This document shows positions 1-12,517 of a stretch of 59,015 nt of DNA, in pieces. Position 1 is the stretch's first letter, and each line of letters starts with the position of its first letter. Made by a program: the position numbers and the translations under genes. This stretch comes from Peribolospora baueri (Eukaryota). The notes beneath the pieces were generated by a model. That model made no database searches and was not told the DNA's origin. It worked only from the letters and a program-made list of their open reading frames with translations. The DNA lies in assembly GCA_029717555.1 (NCBI GenBank), contig JAMDHS010000007.1, positions 372,001 to 431,015 of the forward strand, in the 5' to 3' direction.

Positions 1-269
1 AAGGAGTTCGGCGTGGACCCCGCTTCTATGAAGCCGTATGTTGACGCTTTCAGACTTGGGGCTCCGCCTCACGCTGGTGGTGGTATCGGTGAGTATCGCG
101 CGCCATATTATCCACCCAGGTGGATGTTCAGTTCCAGACGCGAAGTGAGATGCTGATCGTCTTGTCGCACCCTTCAGGTCTCGAGCGCGTGCTGATGTTC
201 TACCTCGGCCTGAAGAACATTCGTCGCGCTTCCTTGTTCCCCCGTGACCCCAAGCGTCTCGAACCTTGA
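1..269 (+). CDS. DPS1: Cytosolic aspartyl-tRNA synthetase, 3' end (partial; intron 89-177)
   Basis: Spliced translation [59 protein letters not shown] matches class IIb motif 3 and the typical eukaryotic AspRS C-terminus. Confidence 0.93.
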
Positions 270-835
270 TGAGTCGAGCTCGGCCCTGCTCTTAGTTACC
301 TTCCCTTCTTTCATCTACCTTTTGTCTTTACTACGTCCCCTGTTGTTAACCATGCGTTCCGGAGGTAGCACAAAGTTATATACGCGACGCGACCCTCTTC
401 CCGTTTCCCCTCGGCCTCCTTGTTTGTGCCGCTGTCTCGCAGTCGCAACCATTCCCTCTCAAAATTGTTCTCCGTCCGCCAACCTTCCCTGTCTCGTTCC
501 CTGTCTCGTGTCTTGCTCCCCTCTTCTCATCGGCAGGCACATGTAGACGCGATGTCACGATCGCAGGCAGTCGAGTCCTTGAAAATCTGGAGGAATCGGA
601 ATCGACCCTCTTCGATCTCGGAAAGCATCCAGGTGGCGCTGCGGCGATCCGCAGTAAATGGACGACGTTCCCAAGGGAGAAAACGAACGGCTCGTGTGTA
701 CTCTTCTTTGCCGGTCAAATTCGAAAAGGAAAGGAGCGAGCCGACACTTTTCATCTCGTCCTCCTCCGCCCTATCTTGTTCTCCCATTTATCGACCGGAT
801 CACGACCAGCGAGGGACGCGAAACGAACCGAACCG

Positions 836-1941
836 ATGGCCGCGACGAGGGACAACGTTTCGCTGCTCACGGCGGGCGACCAGGTCTTCGCGCGCAAGCG
901 GAAACGGAAGGAGGCGGCGTCGAGGAGGAACGGCAAGGGAAGCGTTACGGAGGAGGTGGTTTTTGATGACACTGCGAGGAGGTGAGCGAGTTGGGGAGAG
1001 AGGGCGCCTAAGCGGAAGGGCCGGACCGTTCGTGAAATGACGTCTTCCCTCTTTCGTTCCATGGATCGCCCTTCGCCTCGTCGTGCGGCGCTGATCCGAC
1101 TCTTCATCGACAGAGAATACCTTACAGGCTTCCACAAACGCAAGCTCGCTCGGAAAGAGGTGGCAAAGAAGCTGGCGTTGGAGAGGGAGAGGCAGGAGCG
1201 GCTGGAGGCGCGGAAGGTGGCTAGAGAGGCAAGAAAGGAACAGGCGGAAGAGAACATGCGGAGGGAGAGGAGGGCTTTGGGGTTGGACGAGGAGGAGGAG
1301 GAAAGGGAGAGTGAGAAGGATGGGGAGGGGAAGGATGGAAGTGGGGAAATTGAAGGTGAGTCCGTGAGCATACAGATTTCCATCGGTGACGTGCGATCTG
1401 ACGCCTCGATGCTCTCCTGCCGGTCTCCCCCATCAATCCTTAATTCATACTCGGAACACCTTCATCTGAAACAGGCCCGGCAGAGGAAGAATACGACACA
1501 GATGAGCACGTCACGACGGTAACGGTGGTGGAAGACTTCATCCCTGGAGTCTTCGACGAGGACCTATCCAGCCCTTCGGGGTCTGGGTGGAAGGCCAAGA
1601 AGAAAGGTGACATGCGAGTCGGGAGTGCGGACGGTGAAGAAGAGGGCGATCTAGCGGATGAAGGGGACGAGGGAGATGAGACGGACGACGCGCCACCAAA
1701 GCGCAAGGTGGCCAAGCTGGGCTCTTCCTCGACCACGCCGCAGGACTCGTCTCGCCGTCGGACCGCATTATCCTCCTCCGCCTCATCAGCAGCGAAGACG
1801 AACAAGCCTTTCCGGTACGAGAGCAAGGCGGCGCGCATGGCTGGGCGGAGGAAGGTCGGGGAGCAGAGGAGGAAGAAGGCGGAAGAGAGAATCTCCGCCT
1901 CGAAGGCGAAGGGAAAGGGCGGGGGGAAGCGGAGGCGGTGA
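836..1941 (+). CDS. RRP17: rRNA-processing protein Rrp17/NOL12 family (multi-exon)
   Basis: MAATRDNVSLLT...EEVVFDDTARR|EYLTGFHKRKLARKE... carries the family hallmark FD..AR.EYLTGFHKRK, followed by an acidic region, a 'VTTVTVVEDF' segment and a basic KPFRYESKAAR tail. Confidence 0.88.
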
Positions 1942-2244
1942 GGGCATGGGACGGGAAAAAAGGGATGGCGTGGCGTCCTGGCCGATGTATTCTTTCCTTA
2001 TATTATCTCCTTCATCTTCGATCTGGCCAACTTCGGTTATGTTCGATGGGCTCGCCAAATATATCAGGATGCAGTGTAGGTTCGTTTGCGGCCAATGCGA
2101 TGGCGGTCTGTTTTGTTCTGGTCAAGGAAACAAACGCGGAGGACGAGGATTGGCAAGACAACGCATCCCAGGGGAGAAGGAGGGCAAATACACAGGAAGA
2201 GAGTGATGGAAAAGAAAGACGAAGGAAAGGGGCTCTCATATCGT

Positions 2245-3104
2245 CTATGCGCCACCGCTGGGAAGGGAGAGTAGGAGTGAAGGTATTTGTCAGCACCCAC
2301 ATGCTTTCGATGAGAAAAGAATGAACGCGGAGGCACTCACACAAGCTGCAGAAAGGTTATATCGAAACAAAAAGCGAACAAAAAAGGCAATACACCCAGT
2401 CAGCACTTCTGAAGACAAGCTCATCGGCAGGGTAGGAGACAAAATGACAAGAATAACTGGCTGCAGACGTGCAAAGAGGCCGCCAGCAACGGTCGTCCGT
2501 CCATCTCGCTAGCCTCGCCTTGCCACATCACCAACACTACCCGGTCTCACACCCAGCCAACCCTTTGCAAAATCAGAATGCAACTCACGATGTTGTTGAT
2601 GGGAATATGGATCAGCTTGACAATGTAGCCAATGAAGCCCATGACGCAGAACCCGACACCGACGGCACGACAGATTTGGAGGTACTCTAACGACGAAGAA
2701 CGGGAAGCGCAAGTCGGGGCGTGAGTGTAAAAATGAGAAACGTTGCCGTGGCGCCAGCTTATGATCGGATGATGTCCCGAGGGGACAAAATGATCTTTCT
2801 CAGGGGGACAATCCTACTCACCCTTCTGATTTGGCTTGGTACACCGGTTCATGAACTGAGAATGTAAGCAAAAATGGCAGAGGTCAGGTCATTGTCCGAG
2901 AAGTGCGTAATGCCGATTCGCCCTGGGCTTCCAACAGGCCTCATTTCCAGCACATCGATGCCACTTGAAATGGGCGCGGAAACCAATGGAATCGAAAAAA
3001 AGACCGGCAAAAGCGAAAAGGACGTCGACGAGCCAACCTACCTGAGAGCCCTCCTTGAGGAATTGCTGAGGGATCTCGGCAAACTCGCGAACCTTGTCAG
3101 ACAT
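2245..3104 (-). CDS. SSS1: Protein translocon subunit Sec61 gamma (5 coding exons including a 5-nt micro-exon)
   Basis: [70 protein letters not shown] is the canonical Sec61-gamma sequence. Confidence 0.95.
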
Positions 3105-3359
3105 GGTAGGCGAGTGTGAGTAGCAGTTTGGCGTAAAGTGGTCCGGAAAAGATTGGAGCGGGGGCAGGAGGACGAGGGTTGGAAGAAAGCACCAAGGTCG
3201 AGAACCACCGTGGTGCTGGCACGTGGATACGCGCACTTACGCGGTGGAGAGGTCGGGGTTGAGGCGCTTAGTCAGCCGTCGCCCCGGTACGGATGTCGTA
3301 CTCTTGCGTTCTCTTGGTGAGCGATTCTCCACTCAGTTCATCATTCCTCCTCAGAGAAG

Positions 3360-4573
3360 ATGTCGGCAGTATCGGACCAGGTGGACGACAAGACAGCGCA
3401 GATATTGCGTTTGAGGGACATGGTCCGCCAGGACCCGGACAAGGGTGAACAAGCGAGCGAAGCCGGCATGGCGAGATCGTCGTTGGCGTGACGTTGCTGC
3501 ACTGCGCTCGCTCGGGCTCACGCACGCTTTCCTTCCATCTCGTTTGGTTACAAATCCATTTCAACGAAGCCTGGGAGCAAGCTTGGCAAGACTATCTCAC
3601 GCCCTGGGACGATGGCGCGTCTTCCCAGCTAGCCCTCGTTGACCTCCTGTCCGCTCCTCCTGAGGACATCGGGGATCTGCCTCGCAAGGGGAGGGCGTTG
3701 GTTCCTGGATGCGGGAGAGGGTATGACGTCCTTGAACTCGCAAAGCTCGGGGATGAATTGGAAGTGTGGGGGGCAGATTTGAGCGAGACAGCGGTGGAGA
3801 AGGCTAAGGAGGTGGGTTGAAGAACTGTGAACAAACGACGTGGCAAAGAGCTGGCGCCATTTCCTCGTTCTTGCCCTCATTTGCTCGACACTTTAACAAC
3901 TCGTTGGCGGACATGTCCGTTTCAATCTCTCTATCCTCAGTTTGTAGCTTCTCAATCCCACCCGCCAGTCAATGTCTCCTTCCACGCCCTCGACTTTTTC
4001 AAATTTCCCCTCCCCGCGGACGGAGAGCGGTTTCAGATCGTATATGACTACACGTGCGTCGTCTGGCCTACTGTAACTGGGCTGGCCCTGTCAGAATGCC
4101 GTTTTGGTGCTGACCAAAGCATGTGTCATTGCACCTTCCCTGCCCAATCGGGTTCAACAGCTTCTTCTGTGCCCTCCCGTCAGCGCGTCGACGCGACTGG
4201 GCGAACCGAATGTCCGAGCTTCTCTCCCCAGGCTCCGGGCTGCTCATCACCCTGCAGTACCCCATCGACGGTGACCGCCCAGGAGGGCCGCCTTACAGCG
4301 TCGATCCTGTCGAGTTGAGCGCCTGTTTTTCTTACCTCACTAGACGCAGCTCAAAGGCGCGCGTACGACGTGTTGACTGACAGCCGACGTTTCTCCTCTC
4401 TCTCTCACTCGCGCACATGCGTCCTCGTCGCCATTAAACGATGCAGGTACGACTCATTGCTTCTGCCCACGTTCGACAAGCTCCATTCGCGCGTCCCTGC
4501 GAAAAGTTTGCCCTCGCACGTGCGCCGAGAACTCATTGTCGTGTATAGGCGTAAGAAGGTGGAGGAGAAGTGA
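3360..4573 (+). CDS. SAM-dependent thiol/halide methyltransferase (TPMT/HOL-like family)
   Basis: Motifs WEQAWQDYLTPWD, GRALVPGCGRGYD (SAM motif I), DFFKF, IVYDYT|FFCALP and GGPPYSV across GT-AG exons. Confidence 0.88.
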
Positions 4574-5065
4574 AGGAGAAAGATAGGTGGACATGTGCAG
4601 GTGGAACGGGCGTAGAGCAAGAGCCGGAGGTATCTCATTTTTGACGGATTCGATCTCAAGACGGAAATTCGAGGAGTTGAAGGAAAGACGGAAAGGAGGC
4701 AACTGAGAGTCGGACATGAATCGTCACGCGGTCGCAACGCGGAAGGCGATCACACGCGTGTATGGTACTGCCATTGGTGTCTCGTTCGTGGCGGATCGCA
4801 CCGGGTCTTACATGGACATAATCTCGCGGAGCTCTCAAGAATGTATATAAGGAGCTTGTTCCTTATCACGAGGTCTTTCGATCTTGCCTACGGTGGTGGC
4901 ACGCGACAGGTTCTGTCTCATCTGGAAATCGGTCGTCCCCATCGAGAGACGTCGGGCACAGACATACCTGGCCTGCAGCACCTGGTGTGAAATGAAGTCG
5001 AGTTCCAGTCGTGGGTAATGATACAGTAACGTCGCTGGCTCTCCTTTCCCATCCCGCCTCCAAGC

Positions 5066-6134
5066 CTACGCATCCACATCCATCCCACCCCCGCCCTTCT
5101 TCTTCTTCTTTTGACCATCACCAATATGTCGAGAAGGCTCGAGCTGGAGAGTATTGAGCGCGTGTCTCCGGAGGGTGTCAAAGGGGTTAGAGGAGTAGGA
5201 CGGATCGGCTAGGATGTGTGGTAAGCGGGCCGATTCCGTCGCGCTGTGGGGACGCGAAATAGGAAGAAGTGCGGTATATTTGCTCGTCCATTCGTCAGCA
5301 ATGAAGTCGGAGCACGGCGCAAAATGGTGGCGTCAGGAAGGACGGCCAGGTGCATGGACTCACAGAACCTGCTTCCGCTTCTTCTCGGTGACGGGTTTAC
5401 TGCTCCCCTTGCCTCCCACCTTATTCCACCCGTTCTTATCCTCAGCGTTTCCCCCCTTCTCCCCTCTCTCCTCCTCCACGTCGTCGGCCTCCTGTCCACC
5501 GACGGCCTCCTCCAAAGCGAGCTCCACCTCCGCCATTCCCCTTCCACCGGCCAGTTGCTCGTTTGCCTTGCGCTTCAATCTCCGCAGGTGGGACTTGCTA
5601 ACGGGATAGGGCAGCTGGTCCTTGTTTATGTTGCCGGTGCCGGCTCGAGCGTAAGGGTGCGCGTAGGGAGAGATACGATCGCCCTCGGTGGCTCGGGAGA
5701 GGAGGCCAGCGTGCTTGGCGCTGCGTTTGGCGAACTTCGTCGCCTGTCGGTCGTCTAGGGTAGAGAGAATGGTAGCAGGCTGTTCTTGTGCATGAGTGTG
5801 CGTTCAGTACAATGATGGAAAAAGGGAGGGTGGTGGACGGAGTAGGCGAAGAGCGCCATGATAAACGACACACTTCAAGATCCGATGAAAACGATCGACG
5901 AAAGCTCACCTCGACATCCGCCCCGCTGCCCACCTTGACCGTCTCCGTGACCGCTCCGTCTCCGACCGCAAAAGTCCTCTTTGCCTTGGACGCGGCCGGC
6001 TGATGACCTCCGCCTGAGATCCTTCGTCGTGCAGCTTTTGGCTTATCAGGAAAAGGCGAATGCAGCCAAGTCAGTTGACCGGTCAGCCAGCCATGCAGTC
6101 CACCTGGGCTGCGATTGGCCTGTTCGCTCACCAT
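5066..6134 (-). CDS. SLX9: Ribosome biogenesis protein SLX9/FAM207A family
   Basis: M|PKAARRR..., SKSHLRRLKRKANEQLAGG, EKKRKQVL|..ESARLPHILADPSYSSNPFDTLRRHALNTL; the last block resembles the conserved Slx9 C-terminal motif. Confidence 0.8.
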
Positions 6135-6806
6135 CTTGGCCCGCTTCGCTGAGTCTCGCAAGTTGCGGGTGCTTGAGCGGCTACGTCTAAGTCTACGTCG
6201 TCGTCGTCGTCGTCGTCGCGACCCGACCAGGGCGCGACTTTTGATCTTCTAAACTGTCCATGCGAAATTTTATGCGTGCATATCCAGCTTACTAATCCCG
6301 CGCTGAAATAGTCCGCAGTCGCTCGGCGACGGTTATTTCAATTTCGCCGGGTCTAAACCGGAAAATGCTGTGCAGCCGAGCGGACGTCGCCTGCGCTCGT
6401 CACGACCACCAACCCAGACGGCCGCGACGAACGACGACTGGACTTCTTCATCGTCTCGCCCTCCTTCTCCCTCCGTCGTTTGTACATTGCCTGCGTATCC
6501 TATCTTGCCTTCCGTCCGCCGTGAGCAGGTCTCCCTTTGTCCGTACGCTCTCCATCCATCTCCACGACGACGCACTCGATCGCGCGGTCCCTGGACGCCC
6601 TTCCCAAGCCACGCTGCGGCGTCTCGCCTTCATCCTTGCCGGCTCGCGTATCGGTCCCAACGACCCCTCTGTCCGACGCCTGGAGGAGACCGTATTTGTC
6701 TCGCTGTTTCTGTTAATCTTCATCTACGGAAGGTAGGAAAGGGCAGGACAGGACCTGTCGATCCCATAGATCCCAACCGTACCAGATCGACGCCTCGTCG
6801 TTCATC

Positions 6807-8399
6807 ATGTTCGACTCCAACTTTTGTTGTTGCGTGAGTGATATGATGTGCCCAAGGCTATGTCTCACACGCATCAGCGTTTGCCCAGCGGCCACCGACG
6901 GTCGTTCGTCAGTCTGCCAATGTAGACGAGCCTCTCGCTCACGTCTCCTTCCCTTCTCTGCTTCCTACACCCAACCGCAGGCGATCCCATTGATCAATGT
7001 CGGCATCTACACAGCCATCACCGAGTTTGCGTTCCTCAGCTTAGCTGTCGGCGTGGTGGCCATTGCGGCGCCGTCGAGTGGGTGTCATTCTTGCGCACTG
7101 GCATAGTGGATCGACTGCCCTTCTCTTGATGTGTTTACTTTCTAACACTTTACCCGCCGGGCCCCTGGTACTTCCTACCCTTTACCTTGTCTCGCATTCT
7201 AGTCGTCGCGGCGGCCGTGCCTTCGTTCTGCAAGTGGATCTTAGCGGTGATCTGCTTCGTAATGGTCTTCTTGCAAGTACTGGGTTACATGGGCGTCAAG
7301 AAGGTGCGTCGATGCGATCATTTTCATCCTTCTTTTCACGATGCGACTGATAGGGTACGGCCTTCCGAATTTTTGCCCTTCTTCCGTCCACAGGAATCGC
7401 CCAACCTCTTCGCCCGTTACGTCACCTTGAACGCCCTCCTCCTATTCGCCGCATTGGGCGTATCTCTCGCCTTCCTCATCATCTCTGCCATCCGACACTC
7501 CACCGCGGTGAACACGTGCGTCGCCAACTTCGGCGTTCACGCTGGCTCCCCCTCCACGAGCTCCCTTCTCGGGGGGGCCGGCAACACGGACGATGTCACG
7601 TCCAAGGCCATCTGCAACATTTTACTTTGGGTGCAGATTGGTGTGATGGGCGGGTTGTGGGCTCTCTTCGCTATTGTGCAGGTGGGTTGGCGGTCGCGAG
7701 TGTGATACGGCTTGCCGGCATCCCAATCTGTCACTGACAAATACACGTTCTTTGTCCTTTTACCCTTTCTTGTCCGCAGGGCTATCTCTTATTCATTCAG
7801 CGGGTGTACACGAGCGAGCAGAGGGCTGTGCGCAAGAAGTATAACTCTGTGTAAGTCCGACCTCCTTTAGCCGGCTCTTGACTCACAATGTCTTACCCAG
7901 ACGCTCCCAAATCGTGTCCTCACCTCGTTCGCCAACATTCACTTCTTCGTATGCATTCAGCTACTCGAATGAAGACATCCCGCTCGCGTCACGAGCATCG
8001 CTACATGACGGCAGAAGCGATGGCCGTCCTGGCGCAGGTCGCCGGGACAGCGAGGTGTGGGAGGACGACGCCGACCCTTTCGGAACTGGCGTTGCGGGCG
8101 CCGGGTACACCAAGGCGAGGCAGGGTAGTGTGGACAGCTACACGGCCGGTGGAGGGGAGCCGTACGAGCATCGGAACCTCGAACGCGGCCAGTCGTCTCG
8201 GACGGCCGCTAGTGGGCATTCGCTCGGCGCGGTAGGTCGGAGCGGGAGCGCGAGCGGCAATTTTTACAGGGACGAGAGGATGCAAGGTCTCGCTGTCAAT
8301 CCCAGCGTTCAGCCTTGGACACCTACGACGCCCGGGATGGCTGGGCATGGCGCCAACGGTGGCGTGTTCCAGGAGCGTGGATACGGCGTCGGATACTGA
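6807..8399 (+). CDS. Uncharacterised fungal multi-pass (about 4 TM) membrane protein with disordered C-tail
   Basis: MFDSNFCCC|AIPLINVGIY... followed by several hydrophobic exons with clean splice sites, a Cys-containing loop and a Gly/Ser-rich last exon ending at TGA 8397-8399. Confidence 0.7.
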
Positions 8400-8943
8400 G
8401 GGGAAACTAGCAGTTCATTCCTTGTTGTCTTGGCGTCGATGCATTGCCGCGCGCGGCTGCCATCCGCCAAAGTGGCCTCTTTTCACCGCCGCTCGTGACG
8501 AACCTTTCTTCGTCTCTTCCTCCCTCACCCAGCCCCACTCGCTCCTTTGACGACCATACTAGCTCGCGCGCCCATCCTGTATATTCATCGCGTTCACATA
8601 TCTCCCGCTACATCTTCTCTCCGTTACCCGTCTTACCGCCATACGAGATGGCGACCTGTATTTCATCAGTGGACTTTTCTATGCCTTGTGTCAATGTGGT
8701 CTGGCTACTGAAGAAAGGAATTGCGAGAACTGTCGATCTGGTTGGCGTCATATCGCGCTTCCGCTATCGCGTTCCGCACCTCTATCACGGCTCCTGATCG
8801 ACGTACGTCACCGGCTTGCCGCAGCCCAAGCTCGTGGTGTGGATAACGAGACGCATTGCTCACACCCCCTTTTGCCCGTCTCCAGCGTCTGGATTATCTT
8901 AAGTTCTCTACCTTTTCCCCCTTCTCCCCATTCTCACAAGCAC

Positions 8944-10932
8944 ATGTCCAAACCTCCCACCCTTTCTCAAGCGAAGCGGCGTGCGGCGTCCCACGCCGCC
9001 GATATCGTCGCGACGCCGATCAAGGACCGACGCACGCCGACCAAGTGGATCCAGACGCTCCTCTTCGGCCTCTTCTTCGATGCCGCCTGCCTCTCCATCA
9101 ACACCTTCCAGTTTCTATGTCTTCCCCTGCTTTTCCTTGGCTACGTTTTGCCGCCGGCGAGGCGCGCGTACGAGAGGCTCATTGACTGGACGAAGGAGAA
9201 CTTTGCAAGGACGCTCGTCTTCATGACACAGGCGTTTGGGCCGACCAAGTTCGTCGTTACTTTTGAGATGGACGAACAAGGAGGAGAGGGAGAGAGGACG
9301 CTCGCGGATCCGGAGAAGTTTGTGAAGCGGGATGCGAGGGGAAACGTCATCGGGCTTGCATTGCCAGAGAGGATAGTGATGATTTCCAATCATCAGCTTT
9401 ACGCCGATTGGCTGTACCTGTGGTGAGCCCCACGTTCCTCGCTTGCGTACATACCCGTAGAGGGGCGTTTGACCTCCCGCTCTACGTACACACGATGAGC
9501 ATCCAACAACCTGTCTCCGAATCCGGATCGGACCGGCTGACCCGACCCGTCCGCGTTTCGATCCCAGGTGTCTGGCATATTTTGGTGACTTGCACGGACA
9601 CATCCTCATCGTCCTCAAGAAGAGCTTGAAATGGTTGCCGATCGTTGGTTGGGTGAGGAAAGACGAAAAGTTCACCAGTTGCACTCGTTTGTTTGCTCCT
9701 ACCCTGACGTTTCCTTCTTTCCTCCCTTTGGCACTGCTGTCTATTTTGGAAACGATAGGGCATGCAATTCTTCCGTTTCATCTTTCTAGCCCGTTCCTGG
9801 ACGTCGGACAAAGGGCCGCTAGGCAAACACCTCAGCCAAGCTGCTGAGGAGGCAAGCGAGGCAAACAAGAAGCTTCTCCTGCTTATCTTCCCTGAGGGTA
9901 CGCTGGTCAGCCCGAACACGAGGCCCGTGAGCAAGAAGTATGCGGATAAGATGGGTCTGGTGAGTCCTCTGACGGGTCGTTGTTTGGACGTCATTCTTTG
10001 GCTTGTGGGGGTTGCCCAGTCCTTATGGATTGCAGACGGTTCCTGACCCGCGAAATGGCTCTATGCGTCTTCCATCTCGCTCAGTCTCACCCGACCAATA
10101 TGCTCCTGCCTCGCTCGACTGGTCTGTTCTTCTGCCTCCGCACGCTCGCCCCTCGTGTACCCGACCTCGCTCTCCTTGATATCACCGTCGGCTATCCGGG
10201 CATTCCCCCAGCAGGCGTCGGACAGGACTACTGTAAGTCGCACCGGACGCTTTCGGGAAAGGTCCAAGGCCGAGGCCAAAACGCGGAGTACATCCCGGCC
10301 TTTAGCCAACGGGCTTACTAGTTGACTGGCCGACTGACCGCCGACTATAACCCTCCCTCCCCTCTTTGGTTCGCCTTCACTTCCTCGTCGCAGACACCCT
10401 CCGGTCCATCTATATGCAAGGACACGCTCCGCCGCTCGTCCACCTGCACGTCCGAATCTCTCGAGTGAACGGCACGGCGACAAGTCCGTCGACGATTCCG
10501 CTCGGCTCACTCAACCCTTCCCGCGAGTTCACCACGCCGTCGGGCTCCCTAGCTCCGACTGCGGGAGACGATGTGACGGAGGAAGAGAAGGCGGCGTTTG
10601 ACGAGTGGCTGCGGAAAATGTGGATGGAGAAGGATGAGAGGATGAGCAGGTTCTACGAGCGAGGCTGCTTCGAGGGTGCGGAAGAGCTCGTGGCGTCTTT
10701 GTCTTCCTCCCCCTCCTCCTCCTCCTCCTCGGCTCCTTTAACTGATGGAAAACCGGTTGTCGACGGCGACGCGTTGACGGCCGCCGTCGGCAACAGAGGC
10801 AAGGCGGTGGTCATCGATGTTAAACTTGGCAACCGGTTCACGGAGCTTGCCGACATCTTTTGCTGGTTCACGCCATGGCTCGTCTTCGGTTGGGCTTGGA
10901 GGATTTGGAAGGCGTCTGGGGGGCAGCAGTAG
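8944..10932 (+). CDS. Lysophospholipid acyltransferase (PlsC/AGPAT family, Cst26-like)
   Basis: Catalytic NHQLYADW (HX4D), LKKSLKWLPIVGW, FIFLARSW, LLIFPEGT and LLPRSTGL motifs; C-terminal FDEWLRKMWMEKD. Confidence 0.92.
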
Positions 10933-10962
10933 GTGTCGGGCCCGGTGAGCGTGGAAGCGAAG

Positions 10963-10964
<2 letters not shown>

Positions 10965-11000
<36 letters not shown>
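10965..11000 (+). repeat. Poly-G homopolymer (about 36 nt)
   Basis: Uninterrupted G run about 30 nt after the acyltransferase stop codon. Confidence 0.9.
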
Positions 11001-11605
11001 CGGGAGGAGGAGGATGGACGAAGTGAGGTGACGGAAGGGGCGACAGATGGGCATGCTCCTTGAAACGGAGGCAGGCGGTGGAGAGATGGGTTTCGAAGCA
11101 GTCGGGCGGACACACCGGAAGGCAGGTGGAAGGTGGAGATGGAGACGGCGGTGCTCTGTCTAACTTACACTCTCGGATCACTTGATAGTAGCGACGACGT
11201 GGAGTAGAGGGGTGCGCAATGGAATTCTGCATAAATAACGGATCATTGTCGGCTTGATGGATGGATGTCTGCAAGAGGCGACTCGTGAACTCCGAGCAAG
11301 TCGGTTCTACGACCATGGAGGATTCGCTTTCCTGCTGCCGAATCAAGAGGAGCTCATCCAACACGATGGATCAAAATGGCGACTGCACGCTCCCTTCTGT
11401 ACCTTGAACGCCCCAGACGTCCTCGCACGTCGGTTTTCAGAGCTTTCCGCGTTCCTTCTTGTTTCCACGTAGAGCCGGGTGCTGAGCAAGACGCGACCGG
11501 GTCCGACGAGTCCGACCGAGTGCAGGCTCTTGTCAGCAAGCGAGAGAGCGAGGCGAATGACGTGGGGCCAGATGTGGACGTGAGTTCGGACAAGCTGTCT
11601 TGGCA

Positions 11606-11650
11606 TGCCTTGCCTTGCCTTGCCTTGCCTTGTCTTGCCTTGCCTTGCCT
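11606..11650 (+). repeat. (TGCCT)n pentanucleotide microsatellite
   Basis: About 9 tandem TGCCT units with one TGTCT variant. Confidence 0.9.
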
Positions 11651-12280
11651 GGCTGCCTGCTTTGCTGAACAGGAAGAGGGCCGTTCCGAGCCGAGCGATG
11701 CAAGAAGGTCGGCCGGTGGCAAGCCAAGATAGCAAATGAAGAAAAAAAGAAAAGAAAAAGAAAAGAGCGCCGTTGGAGAGAGGTGACCTCGGCTGAGCGT
11801 TGAAGCAGTCAGTCGGCCGAGCGCATTCTCCAGTCAGCCGCATGCTTCCCCTCTCTAATCATCCGTCGCGGCATATTATCGCTCCTCCTCCCTCTCTCTT
11901 CTCTTCTCTCCCGGTCGGTGCGGTATTGGCAAGCTTCTGGGTCTCGCCTCGCCTGCGCTCCGAGGCCATATCATAGCTGTGCCCGTGTTTGGCGCGTGCT
12001 CGCTTGGACGCGGGCACGATGGCGAATCGCTCCGGCTTCTTCTTCCCTTCGACGCGTCCAGCGATTCCGATAACCCCGCAACATTACGGCCCAGGCACGG
12101 AATCCGAATGGAAGACGCGACCGAAACCTCGGGCCAGTCGATCGTCACCGTCGGTTTGTACCAGAGAGGGCGACGACGACGGAGAACAACGAATCGCCTT
12201 CGTTTGCTCCCCAGCAGGAGCCGATGTGTATAAAATGATACAGCCAGATAGATCCACGAGCACGGCCCGTCGCTCCGTAG

Positions 12281-12517
12281 CATCACCGTCTCCGATCTTC
12301 TATTCCCGTTTGTCGACCGCTTTGGCCCCCGGCTCTGTGAGTGCAAGTTCCTGTTTGGAAACACTTCCAACGGTTCGCCGCTCCTTGTAGTCTCTGCCTT
12401 CTGACCTCTTCGTAATCGCTCTTGTCACCCACTCGCTCGCTAGGTCACCATCGGAGGAGTCACCGGCGTCATCGTCGTCATTGCAATCTTTTGCGAGGCG
12501 GCCAACGGAGCTAACTT
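12281..12517 (+). pseudogene. Probable remnant of an NRT2/NrtA-type nitrate/nitrite transporter (MFS)
   Basis: Two splice-site-bounded fragments: 12281-12336 ITVSDLLFPFVDRFGPRL and 12444-12517 VTIGGVTGVIVVIAIFCEAANGANF. Their phases are incompatible and the intervening helices are missing. Confidence 0.55.

Noticed and set aside
6365..6736. 123-aa ORF upstream of the membrane-protein gene
   Set aside because: No family motifs; more likely 5' leader or promoter sequence.
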